From a virus (Duplodnaviria > Caudoviricetes), in IMG/VR virus record IMGVR_UViG_3300029288_000005, positions 1 through 64,000 of that record: DNA of 64,000 nt; one strand, written 5' to 3'. Positions 29,236 through 39,299 of this stretch are shown here, one piece after another. The notes beneath the pieces were generated by a model. The model searched no databases, was not told the origin of the DNA, and was given only the letters and a program-made list of their open reading frames with translations. Position numbers and translations under genes: made by a program. Every line of letters starts with the position of its first letter. The stretch's first letter is position 1.

Positions 29236-29899
29236 TGCCAGACTTGCTGCTATGCAGCGGCGAGAAAATATAAGAGAGGATATCCTAAATGGACTTTCCA
29301 ACCAGATAGCGTTAGCTGTACGACATGGTGTGAACCAGCAGACAGTGTCCCGGGACATCGCTATTATATTGGATGAGATGCGTGAGGAAGACAAGCAGAT
29401 GGCCAAGGCCGAGTTGCTTGTTGCTCTAAATAGGATTGAAGACAACTACAAAGAAGCTTCAAACGCGTGGCAGAGAAGTAAGAAGAACAAAGAGGAAATC
29501 ACTACTGACTACTATAAGAAAACATGCAAAGAGTGCAAAGGCACTGGTATGCTGGATGGTGATGCGGATACAAAAGAGTGGTGCCCAGTGTGTCAAGGGG
29601 ATGGTTTTATACTACAAGAAAAAGTCACCAGGAAGATAACAGGGCAAGCCGGAGATCCCACTTTTCTTAGGGAGCGTCGAGAACTAATTAAGTTTCGCTG
29701 TTTCCTACTGGGAATTGGTGCACCAAAAGAACCACAAGAACCGATCGTTCAGAACAATACGATCGTAAATCTGAATATGTCAAAAGTAAGCAGGGAAAAA
29801 GTAGTCCAGGCATTGAGAGCCATAGATCAGCTAAAAGAAGAGAAGCTCAAGGCGGAGGTTCTCAATGTCGAATCGGAAGCAGTGGGAGAACTCAGATAA
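29210..29899 (+). CDS. terminase small subunit (HTH) with inserted DnaJ-type Zn finger
   Basis: HTH (QIALAVRHGVNQQTVSRDI), CKECKGTG..CPVCQGDG, GQAGDP.FL; directly upstream of TerL. Confidence 0.7.
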   Translation: MAWRTSKTNARLAAMQRRENIREDILNGLSNQIALAVRHGVNQQTVSRDIAIILDEMREEDKQMAKAELLVALNRIEDNYKEASNAWQRSKKNKEEITTDYYKKTCKECKGTGMLDGDADTKEWCPVCQGDGFILQEKVTRKITGQAGDPTFLRERRELIKFRCFLLGIGAPKEPQEPIVQNNTIVNLNMSKVSREKVVQALRAIDQLKEEKLKAEVLNVESEAVGELR

Positions 29900-31451
29900 T
29901 AATGAGTTGGCTCTTAGCGAAGAAGAAATTCAGCAGATATATGAAGAGAAGTCAAAAACTGACTTCCTACTCTTTCTACAGGGATTGATAATCCCCAGTG
30001 CTACTGGTCCACAGAGGTTTGTCAGTTGTATGGCAGGCTTCCAGATGGATTTCTTTAATGCAGTAGCACCTTCTTTTGTTTCTGTACGAAATGGAACAGA
30101 GCCCACTTGTAAGAGGTTCTGGTTAGAGAGGACAAAGAAGTCCTCAAAAGACTCGGACATCGCAGCGTGCTTAATGTGGTTAATGGCGTTTCCCAGAAGA
30201 CCTGTTAAGTGTCAGGTTGTTGCGTCAAACAGCAAACAAGCGAGGATTATAGAAGATAGGGCAGTCGAACTATTACACTATAATCCCTGGTTGAACAAGT
30301 ATGTGGAAATAGTACAATCTCAGATTAGAAACAAGAAAACACCTAAAGAAGTATGGGTGAGAATTGAAGCAACTTCAAGTGCAGGAAGTGCCCAAGGACA
30401 AACACCAGATCTGTTGATTCTAAACGAATTGGTACACGTTGATAAATGGGCAGTGATGCAAGCCCATATGAACAACGCTGCTGGTGTTCCACGCAGTGTT
30501 GTAATTATATCTACAAATGCCGGTATTAAAGGAACACCTGCTGATGGTTGGAGAAATACAGCAATCAACAGCAAGCGTTGGAAAGTCTTTATCTGGAACA
30601 AACTGGCACCTTGGATTTCTCCAGAAGATATAAAAGAGGCAAAAGCACAAGATCCTATTGGGATGGAGTATGCTCGTCTCTGGGAGGGCAGGTGGATTAG
30701 TGGTGTTGGTAGTGCCCTAGATGAAGAAACCCTTGAAAGACGGTTTGTGTTGAAAGGTCCGCAGAGAAAACCACTAGAAGGCACAATGTATTATGGTGGA
30801 CTGGACTTGGGCATTAGCCACGACCACTGTGGTATTGTCATATTGGGAGCCTCTCCTGTGGAAAACAAAGTGCGTGTGGCTTATTTCCAGGCATACAAAC
30901 CCTCGATTATGGTGGGAAAGAAACTGGAGGTAGATCTAATTGAAGTGGAAGAGGCTTGCAAGCGGTTAGCAACCATCTACAATGTAGGGTGGTTTGGATA
31001 TGATCCTGCTGCTGGTGGCTCGTTTATGGCACAACGACTGCGAACCTTCGGTGTGCCTATGATGGAGTATACTTTCTCTTCCCAGGTAAACAGGACAGAG
31101 ATGGCAACAACATTCGTACAGTCGATGCAGGATGGAAAGTTGGATTGTTATGACAGAGACAGTATGTTGCACCGGGACTTTGGCAAATTCAACATCGAAC
31201 ACAAACCCCCCTCTGGTTATAGACTCACAGCAGTTAGTGATGAGTTCGGACACGCTGATGTAGGCACAGCTCTGGTTATTGCATTGACGGAAGCAGTAAA
31301 GGGTTTGGGATGCTACTTTTTGGGTGGGAATGATCCAATGTCATATGATGAGCCCCCGCTGACAGAGAAGCAGATAAAACAGCTACCCAGAGAGTATAAA
31401 GAGTTGTGGGATATGATGGAGAATCGCAGGCAGGATACCTATATGGACTAG
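29865..31451 (+). CDS. terL: terminase large subunit
   Basis: ATPase domain (deviant Walker motifs, STNAG coupling motif) plus RNase H nuclease GLDLG...D, YDP, H.D...AL. Confidence 0.82.
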   Translation: MSNRKQWENSDNNELALSEEEIQQIYEEKSKTDFLLFLQGLIIPSATGPQRFVSCMAGFQMDFFNAVAPSFVSVRNGTEPTCKRFWLERTKKSSKDSDIAACLMWLMAFPRRPVKCQVVASNSKQARIIEDRAVELLHYNPWLNKYVEIVQSQIRNKKTPKEVWVRIEATSSAGSAQGQTPDLLILNELVHVDKWAVMQAHMNNAAGVPRSVVIISTNAGIKGTPADGWRNTAINSKRWKVFIWNKLAPWISPEDIKEAKAQDPIGMEYARLWEGRWISGVGSALDEETLERRFVLKGPQRKPLEGTMYYGGLDLGISHDHCGIVILGASPVENKVRVAYFQAYKPSIMVGKKLEVDLIEVEEACKRLATIYNVGWFGYDPAAGGSFMAQRLRTFGVPMMEYTFSSQVNRTEMATTFVQSMQDGKLDCYDRDSMLHRDFGKFNIEHKPPSGYRLTAVSDEFGHADVGTALVIALTEAVKGLGCYFLGGNDPMSYDEPPLTEKQIKQLPREYKELWDMMENRRQDTYMD

Positions 31452-31481
31452 AGATGGATTTCTATAAAATGGAATGTATGA

Positions 31482-31784
31482 ATGAACGAGACAGAAAAAT
31501 TAAGAGTGGCAGTACATACGATCAACAACGAGCGGTCGATGTTTCCCGGAATGTTTGTCGATGCAATTCGACAAGCGTTGGAAGAAAATATCTCGGTAGA
31601 ACAGCTGACTGCTATTATACTGTTGAGTGTGGGTGTGATGCGAACCAGGGATTTGGATGTTACTGATCTAATTAAGAGAGCTAGACAAGTATCAGACACA
31701 CTGGTTAATTTTGAGAAGCATGAAGCAATCTATGAGAGAAAACGAAGGGAATTCGAAGAAAGTTTTTGCAAAGGAGATCTATAA
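31482..31784 (+). CDS. hypothetical protein
   Basis: 100-aa ORF in operon context. Confidence 0.55.
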   Translation: MNETEKLRVAVHTINNERSMFPGMFVDAIRQALEENISVEQLTAIILLSVGVMRTRDLDVTDLIKRARQVSDTLVNFEKHEAIYERKRREFEESFCKGDL

Positions 31785-32176
31785 TGGGAGTCAATTTTTT
31801 AACACTTCTGCAGTGGGTTCGTAAAGCGGTGGCTTTACTGCCACTACCTGAATGGACCAGTGCTGAGTCTGCCCGTGTTTGGGTACTACAGAAGTTGGTG
31901 CCTCTGTTGGAAGAAGTGGCCGAAACTACATCCAGTGATGTAGATAACAAACTGGTGGCTGGGTTGCAAACTCTTGCGTCCAATGTTGATACTTGGACAA
32001 CATTCTATGAACTCGTCATAGATTTTGTAACCCTGGTAGACGCTGGAGCCACTGTGGATGCAAAACATCCGATGGTACAAAAGCTATCAGACGATACCAA
32101 GATCGACCCATCAGTAATTATAATGCTGATTCAATTGGCCATTCAAGTTATTGAGTGGTGGAAGAACCGTAAATAA
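31784..32176 (+). CDS. hypothetical protein with C-terminal hydrophobic helix (holin-like?)
   Basis: IDPSVIIMLIQLAIQVIEWWKNRK end; AAGGAG RBS. Confidence 0.55.
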   Translation: MGVNFLTLLQWVRKAVALLPLPEWTSAESARVWVLQKLVPLLEEVAETTSSDVDNKLVAGLQTLASNVDTWTTFYELVIDFVTLVDAGATVDAKHPMVQKLSDDTKIDPSVIIMLIQLAIQVIEWWKNRK

Positions 32177-32233
32177 GTGACCCAGAGTTGCAAGGGGCAA
32201 TTACCTATGTTTACTTTTTCAGGAGATTAAGAA

Positions 32234-32695
32234 ATGCGATTTATAGTGTGTTTACTGGTTTGTTTTTTCTTGGCTGCCAATGTTGTGGCTAAGGAATGGA
32301 CGGCATGTGAAAACTGTCCTAACAAAGCTGCTTGTGCTGCCCCGCTGCCTGCAAAAAATGTTCTGGATAACAGAATACTAAAGCTGATACCTGACAAGAA
32401 AAAGGTTGAGGTGACTACGGAGGGTGGTGTCTATATTTTTGAGAAGGTGAATGGTGGTTGGACCACATCTACGAAGACGTGTGAAGGGGGCACTTGTATC
32501 ACTCGTCAGTGGAGATTGTTCCCCTTGAAACCAAAAGTAGAACCCCAACCCACTGTAGCTCCTGCTAAGAAAGTTACCAAGGTCATTTCTGTTGAGAAAC
32601 GCAAGACTTGGCGAAATAGAGCAGGTCGGCGGGGCTGGTTCCGTTTTTGGGGAAGGGTTCAGATAAGACGACGATCAGCCAGTTACTGTCAATAG
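32234..32695 (+). CDS. secreted Cys-containing basic protein
   Basis: N-terminal signal peptide, Arg-rich tail. Confidence 0.6.
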   Translation: MRFIVCLLVCFFLAANVVAKEWTACENCPNKAACAAPLPAKNVLDNRILKLIPDKKKVEVTTEGGVYIFEKVNGGWTTSTKTCEGGTCITRQWRLFPLKPKVEPQPTVAPAKKVTKVISVEKRKTWRNRAGRRGWFRFWGRVQIRRRSASYCQ

Positions 32696-33037
32696 ATACC
32701 AAACTGCAGTAGGATTATCCAGATGATATCGCGTAGCTGGAAAGAAGCAGCAGAGCATCGCAAGGTCAGTCCAAGCATGTGTCAGATACATAGTGTAAAT
32801 GAGTTTGTTGGTGCTCTGCTGTCTGGAATGAGTATATTTATACAGGAGAAGGGCATTATTACGCGACAGAATTTCAGGAATGCCAAAGAGTTATCACAGA
32901 GGTGTGACAATGAGTCGTTATAGAATCACTGTCATAGATGTACTTGCTGCCATGTATCTTGTTTGTTGGGCAATCTGGCATGGTGGCATACATCTGTGCA
33001 AGGAACTGTGGTGGAAGATATTTCCCAGGAGTAAGAA

Positions 33038-33796
33038 ATGAAACAAAGAACTAGACTATATTTTGGTTTGGCTGTTGCTGTTTGTCTTCTGTATTCATGC
33101 TCACAGACTACACAAGCAGCCGATACACCAGTTCCACAACCTGCGATAAAGATTGTTGGACCAACCCTAGTAGCTGTAGGTGACCTGGCCATTCTCAATG
33201 CAGAAGCACCAGAGGGAGCAGATCTTAATTGGGCTGTATATCCTGCTGATAAAGCAAAGATATACGTCGACACCAACAAAAGAGCAGTGGTATTTGCCAG
33301 CCGATTAAAAGGCACTTACGTATTTGCCTTGGCAGTATCTAATGAAGGTAAAGCAACTATCCTACTGCATGAGTTGGTCAACGGAGATGCTCCTGATCCC
33401 CCGGATCCCCCTGACCCTCCCGATCCACCTGTACCTACTGGAAAATACCAGATTATGTTCTTCAGGGAATCTGATGACTTGGACAACTACAACAACGCTC
33501 AACGCGAGATGGTAAGTGGTCGGGCATTCCGGGAATTACTCGCCGCCCGAGGTCATATTTGGTTAGGCGCTTACGACCCCGATTCTATCGTAGAAGCTGT
33601 AACTCAATGTGATTCAACAACAGGGCGATGTCAGACAGTGAAAGTAGTTGCTCCTAATCTGAGACCTTGGTGGGAAACAGTGCAAAACAAAAAGCTGCCG
33701 AGGGTATGTATAGCCAAGCGAGAGGGTGATACAACAATCCATGATTACCCCATGCCTGAGACCATTGAAGATTTTATGAAGCTAATAGGAGAGTGA
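33038..33796 (+). CDS. exported protein with PDPP linker
   Basis: Signal/lipoprotein-like N-terminus, (PDP)n linker. Confidence 0.65.
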   Translation: MKQRTRLYFGLAVAVCLLYSCSQTTQAADTPVPQPAIKIVGPTLVAVGDLAILNAEAPEGADLNWAVYPADKAKIYVDTNKRAVVFASRLKGTYVFALAVSNEGKATILLHELVNGDAPDPPDPPDPPDPPVPTGKYQIMFFRESDDLDNYNNAQREMVSGRAFRELLAARGHIWLGAYDPDSIVEAVTQCDSTTGRCQTVKVVAPNLRPWWETVQNKKLPRVCIAKREGDTTIHDYPMPETIEDFMKLIGE

Positions 33797-34605
33797 CAAT
33801 GATAAAGCGATTCGATTGCGACCGGCAGTGGACAGATCTTCGGTTGGATATGGGCTCAAGGGGTGAAGATGGTTTGTTTGGGGCCATTCCCAGAAAGTCA
33901 GTCTATGGTTCTGCTCCTGGATTGATACCGTTTGGTGAGGCTTATCCTGACAAGCTAGTTGACCCTAAAGACTACAAAGAGGTTATACAGTTCTGTCATG
34001 ACCAGAAGATATTTCCTATGTACCATCAGAAAGCAACCTGGGGGCCAGATGGATTCAGATGGAATCAGAATGGACTAGGTTACTGCTGGACGTGGAGTGG
34101 TACGGGCGACGTGATGAATTGCCGAGCTTTGGAAGGCAAGCCCTCCGTGCTATTGTCTCCCGTTTCTATGGGATGGTTGGTAGGCTGGCGTAACCGGGGC
34201 AATTACCTCGAATCGTTTATCAATGGAGTAATGGAGCGAGGAATCGCCCCGATGGAGTACACACCAGATCAACACTCCCTCAACTACAAGAAGTTCAAAG
34301 AAGGTTGGGAGGATGCCGCTCTCAACTACCGTATTCAAGAGGCTTGGGATTCCGATGCTCGAAAGATGATCCAACATGCAATCAGCATTCTGCGTTGTGG
34401 TGTGTCTGGGTATATTGCCTACAATTGGTGGGGACATGCTTTGAGCTTGGTGGGTGTTCGTTGGGATGAGTCTGTGCTGAACAATATCGTGTGGATTATT
34501 CGCAACTCACATGATGAAGATGACTTCATTGAGTTGACAGGAAGTCGTGGAGTGCCTGACGAGTTATATGGAATCAGATCAACAAGAACTCTATTAGCAG
34601 CATAA
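33793..34605 (+). CDS. papain-like (C1) cysteine peptidase
   Basis: NQ...GYCW (Gln/Cys), WWGHAL (His), IRNSH (Asn). Confidence 0.8.
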   Translation: MTMIKRFDCDRQWTDLRLDMGSRGEDGLFGAIPRKSVYGSAPGLIPFGEAYPDKLVDPKDYKEVIQFCHDQKIFPMYHQKATWGPDGFRWNQNGLGYCWTWSGTGDVMNCRALEGKPSVLLSPVSMGWLVGWRNRGNYLESFINGVMERGIAPMEYTPDQHSLNYKKFKEGWEDAALNYRIQEAWDSDARKMIQHAISILRCGVSGYIAYNWWGHALSLVGVRWDESVLNNIVWIIRNSHDEDDFIELTGSRGVPDELYGIRSTRTLLAA

Positions 34606-34682
34606 CAAGTTGTTCTTTCATTTTGTAGATTCACGGAGGAGGAAGTATATGACACAGTCTTGGTTTGCAGAGGGGACGTATT

Positions 34683-34949
34683 ATGGAAGATGAATTGCAA
34701 GTTAAGTTACCACTAACCGAATTTGTCAAAAACGTAGCCCGCGAAGCCGCATTAACGGTAATCAAGGAGCATATTGAATCATGCCCGGTTGCCAAAGAAG
34801 TTGTTGATCTTAAAAGCAACCAGAAAGAAACAATCAAAGATGTGAACAAGTTGAAGATTAAAACGGCAACGATGCTTGGCATTATCGTAGGTGCAGGTGG
34901 TGTTGGTGGACTTGCTGGTGGTGGGCTTGTGAGTTTATTGGGTGGATAA
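34683..34949 (+). CDS. small coiled-coil/TM protein
   Basis: C-terminal Gly-rich hydrophobic helix. Confidence 0.55.
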   Translation: MEDELQVKLPLTEFVKNVAREAALTVIKEHIESCPVAKEVVDLKSNQKETIKDVNKLKIKTATMLGIIVGAGGVGGLAGGGLVSLLGG

Positions 34950-34958
34950 GGACTAAGG

Positions 34959-36077
34959 ATGGCCGCACCAAACGATTATTACATACACGCGACGGAGGGC
35001 AGCGATGCCACGGGCGATGGCTCGATTGGCAATCCGTTTGCTACACATATCGGAGCGTTGGCTGTCGTTACGCAAGATAGTACCGATGGCGACCGATTTA
35101 ATATCACCGGAGACGTAACGGCAACGGCAACAATAGCCGACAGTCTAGGCACATATGGTGTGCCCACCGCCAAAGCACCATTGATTTTTAACAGACTAAC
35201 GGATGGCGGAATCAACGGTAATGGGACATATTCAATTAGTGGTGCCCCAACTAGTTTTGTCAACTATATTGGTTTGAAATTACACAACTGCGGATCGCAG
35301 ATGATAATACAATTGCGATCCGCCAGTTGCATAAACTGCGAAGTATACGATGGGTCGTATGCTGGGGTGTATTCTCACTCTTATGGGAATGTGATTGGCT
35401 GCTATTTCCATAACGTGGGTGGATCAGCATGGGATGCGCAGCCAATCAGACTTTACGTGCAGAGCAATGCTTACGGCAATTATGTCGTTCGCGGGCCGAC
35501 TAATAATTTTGCCGGGAATGGCGGCATTTATGCACAAGAGTATAACAATGCGGTAATCAGCAACATTGTCGATTGCACGAACAGTACGGGTACCATTCGT
35601 GGCATTTATGCTCCAGGTGATAATGCGATGGTCCTCAACAATTCCGTTATTGGCAATGGCAGTACGTCTGATGGCATAATGATTTATGCGTTTAACGCGA
35701 ATCAAATGTTATTGAACAATCTCGTGGAAGGTTTCAATGGCGTTGGTGGTGTGGGGGTAAGGCTGTTGACGCATGCAAATACTGAATCGCAGGCAATCGT
35801 GGGGCACAATGCGGTTTATAATTGTGAGACTGCCTACAATTACGGTGATGATATTATTTACAACGCTGGTTTTGATGAAACGCTGACCGCTTCGCCATTC
35901 GCCAAAAAGGGCAGCAATACTTTTGCCAACCGCTTCGAATACTTCCGTCCCCTTAACGTGGGCAACGTTGTTCGTGGAGGATATCCGGCGGATAGTCGGA
36001 TGTTTAAGGGTGCCGTGCCACCGAAAATTGCCGTTGTCATGCCACAAATAATACAAGCCGGAATAGGAGTGCTATAG
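34959..36077 (+). CDS. right-handed beta-helix virion protein
   Basis: Asn/Gly-rich repeats (GI....N...NN.V), DYYI....GSD..GDGS.GNPFAT start. Confidence 0.7.
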   Translation: MAAPNDYYIHATEGSDATGDGSIGNPFATHIGALAVVTQDSTDGDRFNITGDVTATATIADSLGTYGVPTAKAPLIFNRLTDGGINGNGTYSISGAPTSFVNYIGLKLHNCGSQMIIQLRSASCINCEVYDGSYAGVYSHSYGNVIGCYFHNVGGSAWDAQPIRLYVQSNAYGNYVVRGPTNNFAGNGGIYAQEYNNAVISNIVDCTNSTGTIRGIYAPGDNAMVLNNSVIGNGSTSDGIMIYAFNANQMLLNNLVEGFNGVGGVGVRLLTHANTESQAIVGHNAVYNCETAYNYGDDIIYNAGFDETLTASPFAKKGSNTFANRFEYFRPLNVGNVVRGGYPADSRMFKGAVPPKIAVVMPQIIQAGIGVL

Positions 36078-37331
36078 ATGGCCGCAACTGATGCTAGACC
36101 GGTTCCGCGTAAGGGCGTTGCCTATCGTCATTATTTTTCTATTCGCAATACAGCGGGCGAGCTAATCACAAGCTGGACTGGACAGGATAGTGAGGCGTCG
36201 TTAGACGGTGCGGCGTATGCAGATTGTACGAACGAAGCTACGGAGATTGGAACGTCGGGGACAGGCTATATCGACCTAACCACGACCGAAATGAACGTGG
36301 ATTGTTTGCTGTTAAAAATAACAGTGACAAACACTGATGCAGTGTTGCCGATATTTGCGATTTACCCAGAAGAGGCCGGGGACTATCGTGTCAGTGACTC
36401 ACAGAAGGTTGATGTCAATACCATCAAGACACAGTCTGTTACTTGTGCCGCAGCAGTAACAATCCATCCCGCCGTGGGCAGCGATTATAAGTTGGGAGTG
36501 GAGAATGATGGGGACTTGACCAAGGTAAATACCGTTGATGGAATCAGTGCTGCAAACTTTGGCAAGTTGGAAGACCTACTGGATGGCACTGGTGCTGTAG
36601 CTACTTTTAGTGGAGTAGAAGTCATAGCCAGTGATGAGTATGCTGCGGCTTTTAGTATTGTAAACTTGGCTGGAGATGCAGTTTCCATCCAAGGACAACA
36701 TGGATCAGGAATAGTCATTGAATCTACAGAGAGCGACGGTTCCCATGCTTTGTGGATTAGAGTAGCTACAGGGAATCCAAGTGATGCCGTCAAACTGAAT
36801 GCAACAACAGGTAGTGCTTATGTGCCTATCAATGTCGCTGCCATATGGCAAGCTCTGACCAGCGGATTAACAACCGTTGGAAGCATTGGTAAGAAGCTAG
36901 CAGATTGGGTATTGGGGACTGATAATCTGGTCAAGGTATCTGCTGATGTACACACCTCTGGTCAAACTGTAAAGGCAATGACAGATGGGGTAGATTTGAT
37001 AAAAATCGGGGGCAGTACTGATAGTTTAGCCAGTTTCAAAGCTAGTGTAGATGCTCTTACTGTAGCTCAGGTAGTTGCTGATGTTGGGAATACCGAAAGT
37101 GCTTTCCTTACAGATTTACCAGTAAAGAGTGTTTACTACTATGGTAGCTCCGATGGGGGTATGGTATTGGTATTTGTTTCTGGGACAACCAATGCTTTCC
37201 AGTCAAGGAGAGTGATAGCAAGTATTACAAGTGATACTTCTACTTTGATAACTTTGGAAGAAGCTCTCGATAGTGTTCCCGCAGAGGGTGATACGTTTAT
37301 AATTCTTGGTCGTATCACGGAGCTTAGCTAG
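36078..37331 (+). CDS. putative virion structural protein
   Basis: Thr/Ala/Gly-rich, ends ...PAEGDTFIILG. Confidence 0.6.
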   Translation: MAATDARPVPRKGVAYRHYFSIRNTAGELITSWTGQDSEASLDGAAYADCTNEATEIGTSGTGYIDLTTTEMNVDCLLLKITVTNTDAVLPIFAIYPEEAGDYRVSDSQKVDVNTIKTQSVTCAAAVTIHPAVGSDYKLGVENDGDLTKVNTVDGISAANFGKLEDLLDGTGAVATFSGVEVIASDEYAAAFSIVNLAGDAVSIQGQHGSGIVIESTESDGSHALWIRVATGNPSDAVKLNATTGSAYVPINVAAIWQALTSGLTTVGSIGKKLADWVLGTDNLVKVSADVHTSGQTVKAMTDGVDLIKIGGSTDSLASFKASVDALTVAQVVADVGNTESAFLTDLPVKSVYYYGSSDGGMVLVFVSGTTNAFQSRRVIASITSDTSTLITLEEALDSVPAEGDTFIILGRITELS

Positions 37332-37332
37332 T

Positions 37333-37608
37333 GTGGTTGGTTTTTGGCAGTATTATTTTCAGAATGTTTATGTCACAGAGTCTTCAGGATCCTCTGTCAG
37401 TTCAACCAGTGCATCTAGTCTATCAAGCATTTCAACAAGCTCTGCCAGTTCGATTAGTTCTTCTCAATCCACAGGAGTTATTGATTTTCCAGTAGGCAAA
37501 ACAATAACAAATGTAGGACCAAGAAGTTCTACAATCAGTTCTCCATACACATTCCGAAAAACAATAACAAATGTAGGACCAAGAAGTTCTACAATCAGTT
37601 CTCCATAG
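37333..37608 (+). CDS. small Ser-rich protein with duplicated C-terminus
   Basis: GTG start right after the previous stop; Ser/Thr tract; KTITNVGPRSSTISSP twice. Confidence 0.55.
   Translation: MVGFWQYYFQNVYVTESSGSSVSSTSASSLSSISTSSASSISSSQSTGVIDFPVGKTITNVGPRSSTISSPYTFRKTITNVGPRSSTISSP
37498..37607 (+). repeat. exact 50-bp direct repeat, 10-bp spacer
   Basis: 37498-37547 equals 37558-37607. Confidence 0.95.
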
Positions 37609-37618
37609 GGTAATAGAC

Positions 37619-37957
37619 ATGACATTGATTTACGGTTATAAAGGCAGAGGTATTACGAAAGACATTGTAATACTTGATTCGAATGGAGACACAGTTACTC
37701 CTGGAGCAAATGACCTTGTAAGAGTTTCAATAGGCAGGGTTGAAGAAACTATGTTATTTACAGTTACCAGCGGAACAGTCTCAGTCAATGGGAGTTCAAT
37801 TACGAAGGGGGCAACTAACAGACTGCGGATTGATGCTTCTGATTTGGAGGAATTGCATCCCGGTACTTATACACTATTCGTCGATTATTTCGACAATGCA
37901 GATACACAAGAATGGAAGACAGTTGATCGCCAGGTATTTGTTCTGGAAGGTGGGTAA
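37619..37957 (+). CDS. hypothetical beta-rich (Ig-like) virion protein
   Basis: 112 aa, beta-strand pattern, L.PGTY motif. Confidence 0.55.
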   Translation: MTLIYGYKGRGITKDIVILDSNGDTVTPGANDLVRVSIGRVEETMLFTVTSGTVSVNGSSITKGATNRLRIDASDLEELHPGTYTLFVDYFDNADTQEWKTVDRQVFVLEGG

Positions 37958-37959
37958 AG

Positions 37960-38505
37960 ATGAAAAAACAAACACTTATCACTGTACTAAAAGAAACAGC
38001 AGAAACTTTGAGGGGAATTAAGTTTAATCCTTACCACGACTCAGAAGGCAGGTTCTCTACTGGAGGCTCAGGTGGTCCTAAACTTGCTCCTGATACAGGT
38101 GGTGGTACAGGTGGAGGGGGTAAGTTGGGTGGATCCCCGGGAGATAAGGAGAGCTACAATGACAGAATTGAGGGTACACAGAAAGAAGCAGATAGGGAAG
38201 TAAAGAGGGCGGAAAAAGTAGTGGCTACAGTGAAAGCTGCTTTGAGCAAGTTAGAAGCAAAAACATCTAAAAAACAGGTTGCTACACTAAAGGCAAAGCA
38301 CGAAGAATGTGTTAGTAAAATATCAGAATTGAAGAAACAAAAAGAAGCAACTATGAAGCGGATAGAAGCGTTAAAAGCACAGTTAAAGAAATCAGTTCAG
38401 AAAGAACTAAATAAAGAAATACTCACACTGAAGGACATAATCAATAAGTTCAGAGTTGTTACGAAAGAACTCTATACATTGATGGACGAGGTATCAAAAC
38501 TATGA
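37960..38505 (+). CDS. leader-cassette protein 1: conserved leader + coiled-coil payload
   Basis: MKKQTLITVLKETAETLRGIKFNPYHDSEGRF...GGG then Lys-rich coiled coil. Confidence 0.8.
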   Translation: MKKQTLITVLKETAETLRGIKFNPYHDSEGRFSTGGSGGPKLAPDTGGGTGGGGKLGGSPGDKESYNDRIEGTQKEADREVKRAEKVVATVKAALSKLEAKTSKKQVATLKAKHEECVSKISELKKQKEATMKRIEALKAQLKKSVQKELNKEILTLKDIINKFRVVTKELYTLMDEVSKL

Positions 38506-39299
38506 GTATGGTAGATATTAGTGAAGTCCTGTTAGATTTGGGTCTCTCAGACTCAGTTACAGATGAGGAGCGGGCTATTGTTTCGACTTCTATCAGAAGA
38601 GCTGAAGCGGCTATTAAAAGGTTCCTGGGGTATGATCCATATTGGAAGACCAGGACTGAATACTATCCACAACGAGACTTCTCTATGAGTTATGGTGCCT
38701 ATGTATGGGAGGTCAACGATACACAAGCCTATCAAAGGCACTTATCTGAAGCTGTATCCGATGTACTGATAGTGCAGCACTTGCCTATAAGAAGCATCAC
38801 TTCCCTATACATTGATTATGATGGTCGAGCAGGAGCGAGAACAGGATCGTTTTCAGAGGAATCGAAAAAGACTGAAGGTGTTGATTACTGGCCAGACTAC
38901 AATATGGTGGACGATGATGGAAATAATATGTGCTTAAGTGGTATGATAAGGAGTGAGGGGATGTGGCCCTCCAAGCCAGGAACCGTGAAGATCGTTTATA
39001 CTTCAGGATATACAGCTAAGGAATTGAGAGGGCAGTGTTCAGTGGTGGATACTACTGTATTACTGGAGGCAACTGTGGACGAGGCTGTTCGCAGAGCCAA
39101 GAAAGTCTTTCTGACAAAGAAACAAACTGGTAGGGGATTCATTGCAGGAACCATGACCAGTGAGAGTTTGGGTGATTACAGTTATAGTATAGAGGGATCC
39201 TCAGCAGCCAGTCAGTTTGGTGGTCAGTATGATCTATTGGGATCAACCATGGAGAAACTCAATGACTTTGTGAATTGGGGATATAGAATTGCCGGTTGA
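38502..39299 (+). CDS. head-tail connector/adaptor protein
   Basis: AE..IKRFLG, PI.SITS, VKIVYTSGY, SESLGDYSYS. Confidence 0.78.
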   Translation: MSMVDISEVLLDLGLSDSVTDEERAIVSTSIRRAEAAIKRFLGYDPYWKTRTEYYPQRDFSMSYGAYVWEVNDTQAYQRHLSEAVSDVLIVQHLPIRSITSLYIDYDGRAGARTGSFSEESKKTEGVDYWPDYNMVDDDGNNMCLSGMIRSEGMWPSKPGTVKIVYTSGYTAKELRGQCSVVDTTVLLEATVDEAVRRAKKVFLTKKQTGRGFIAGTMTSESLGDYSYSIEGSSAASQFGGQYDLLGSTMEKLNDFVNWGYRIAG

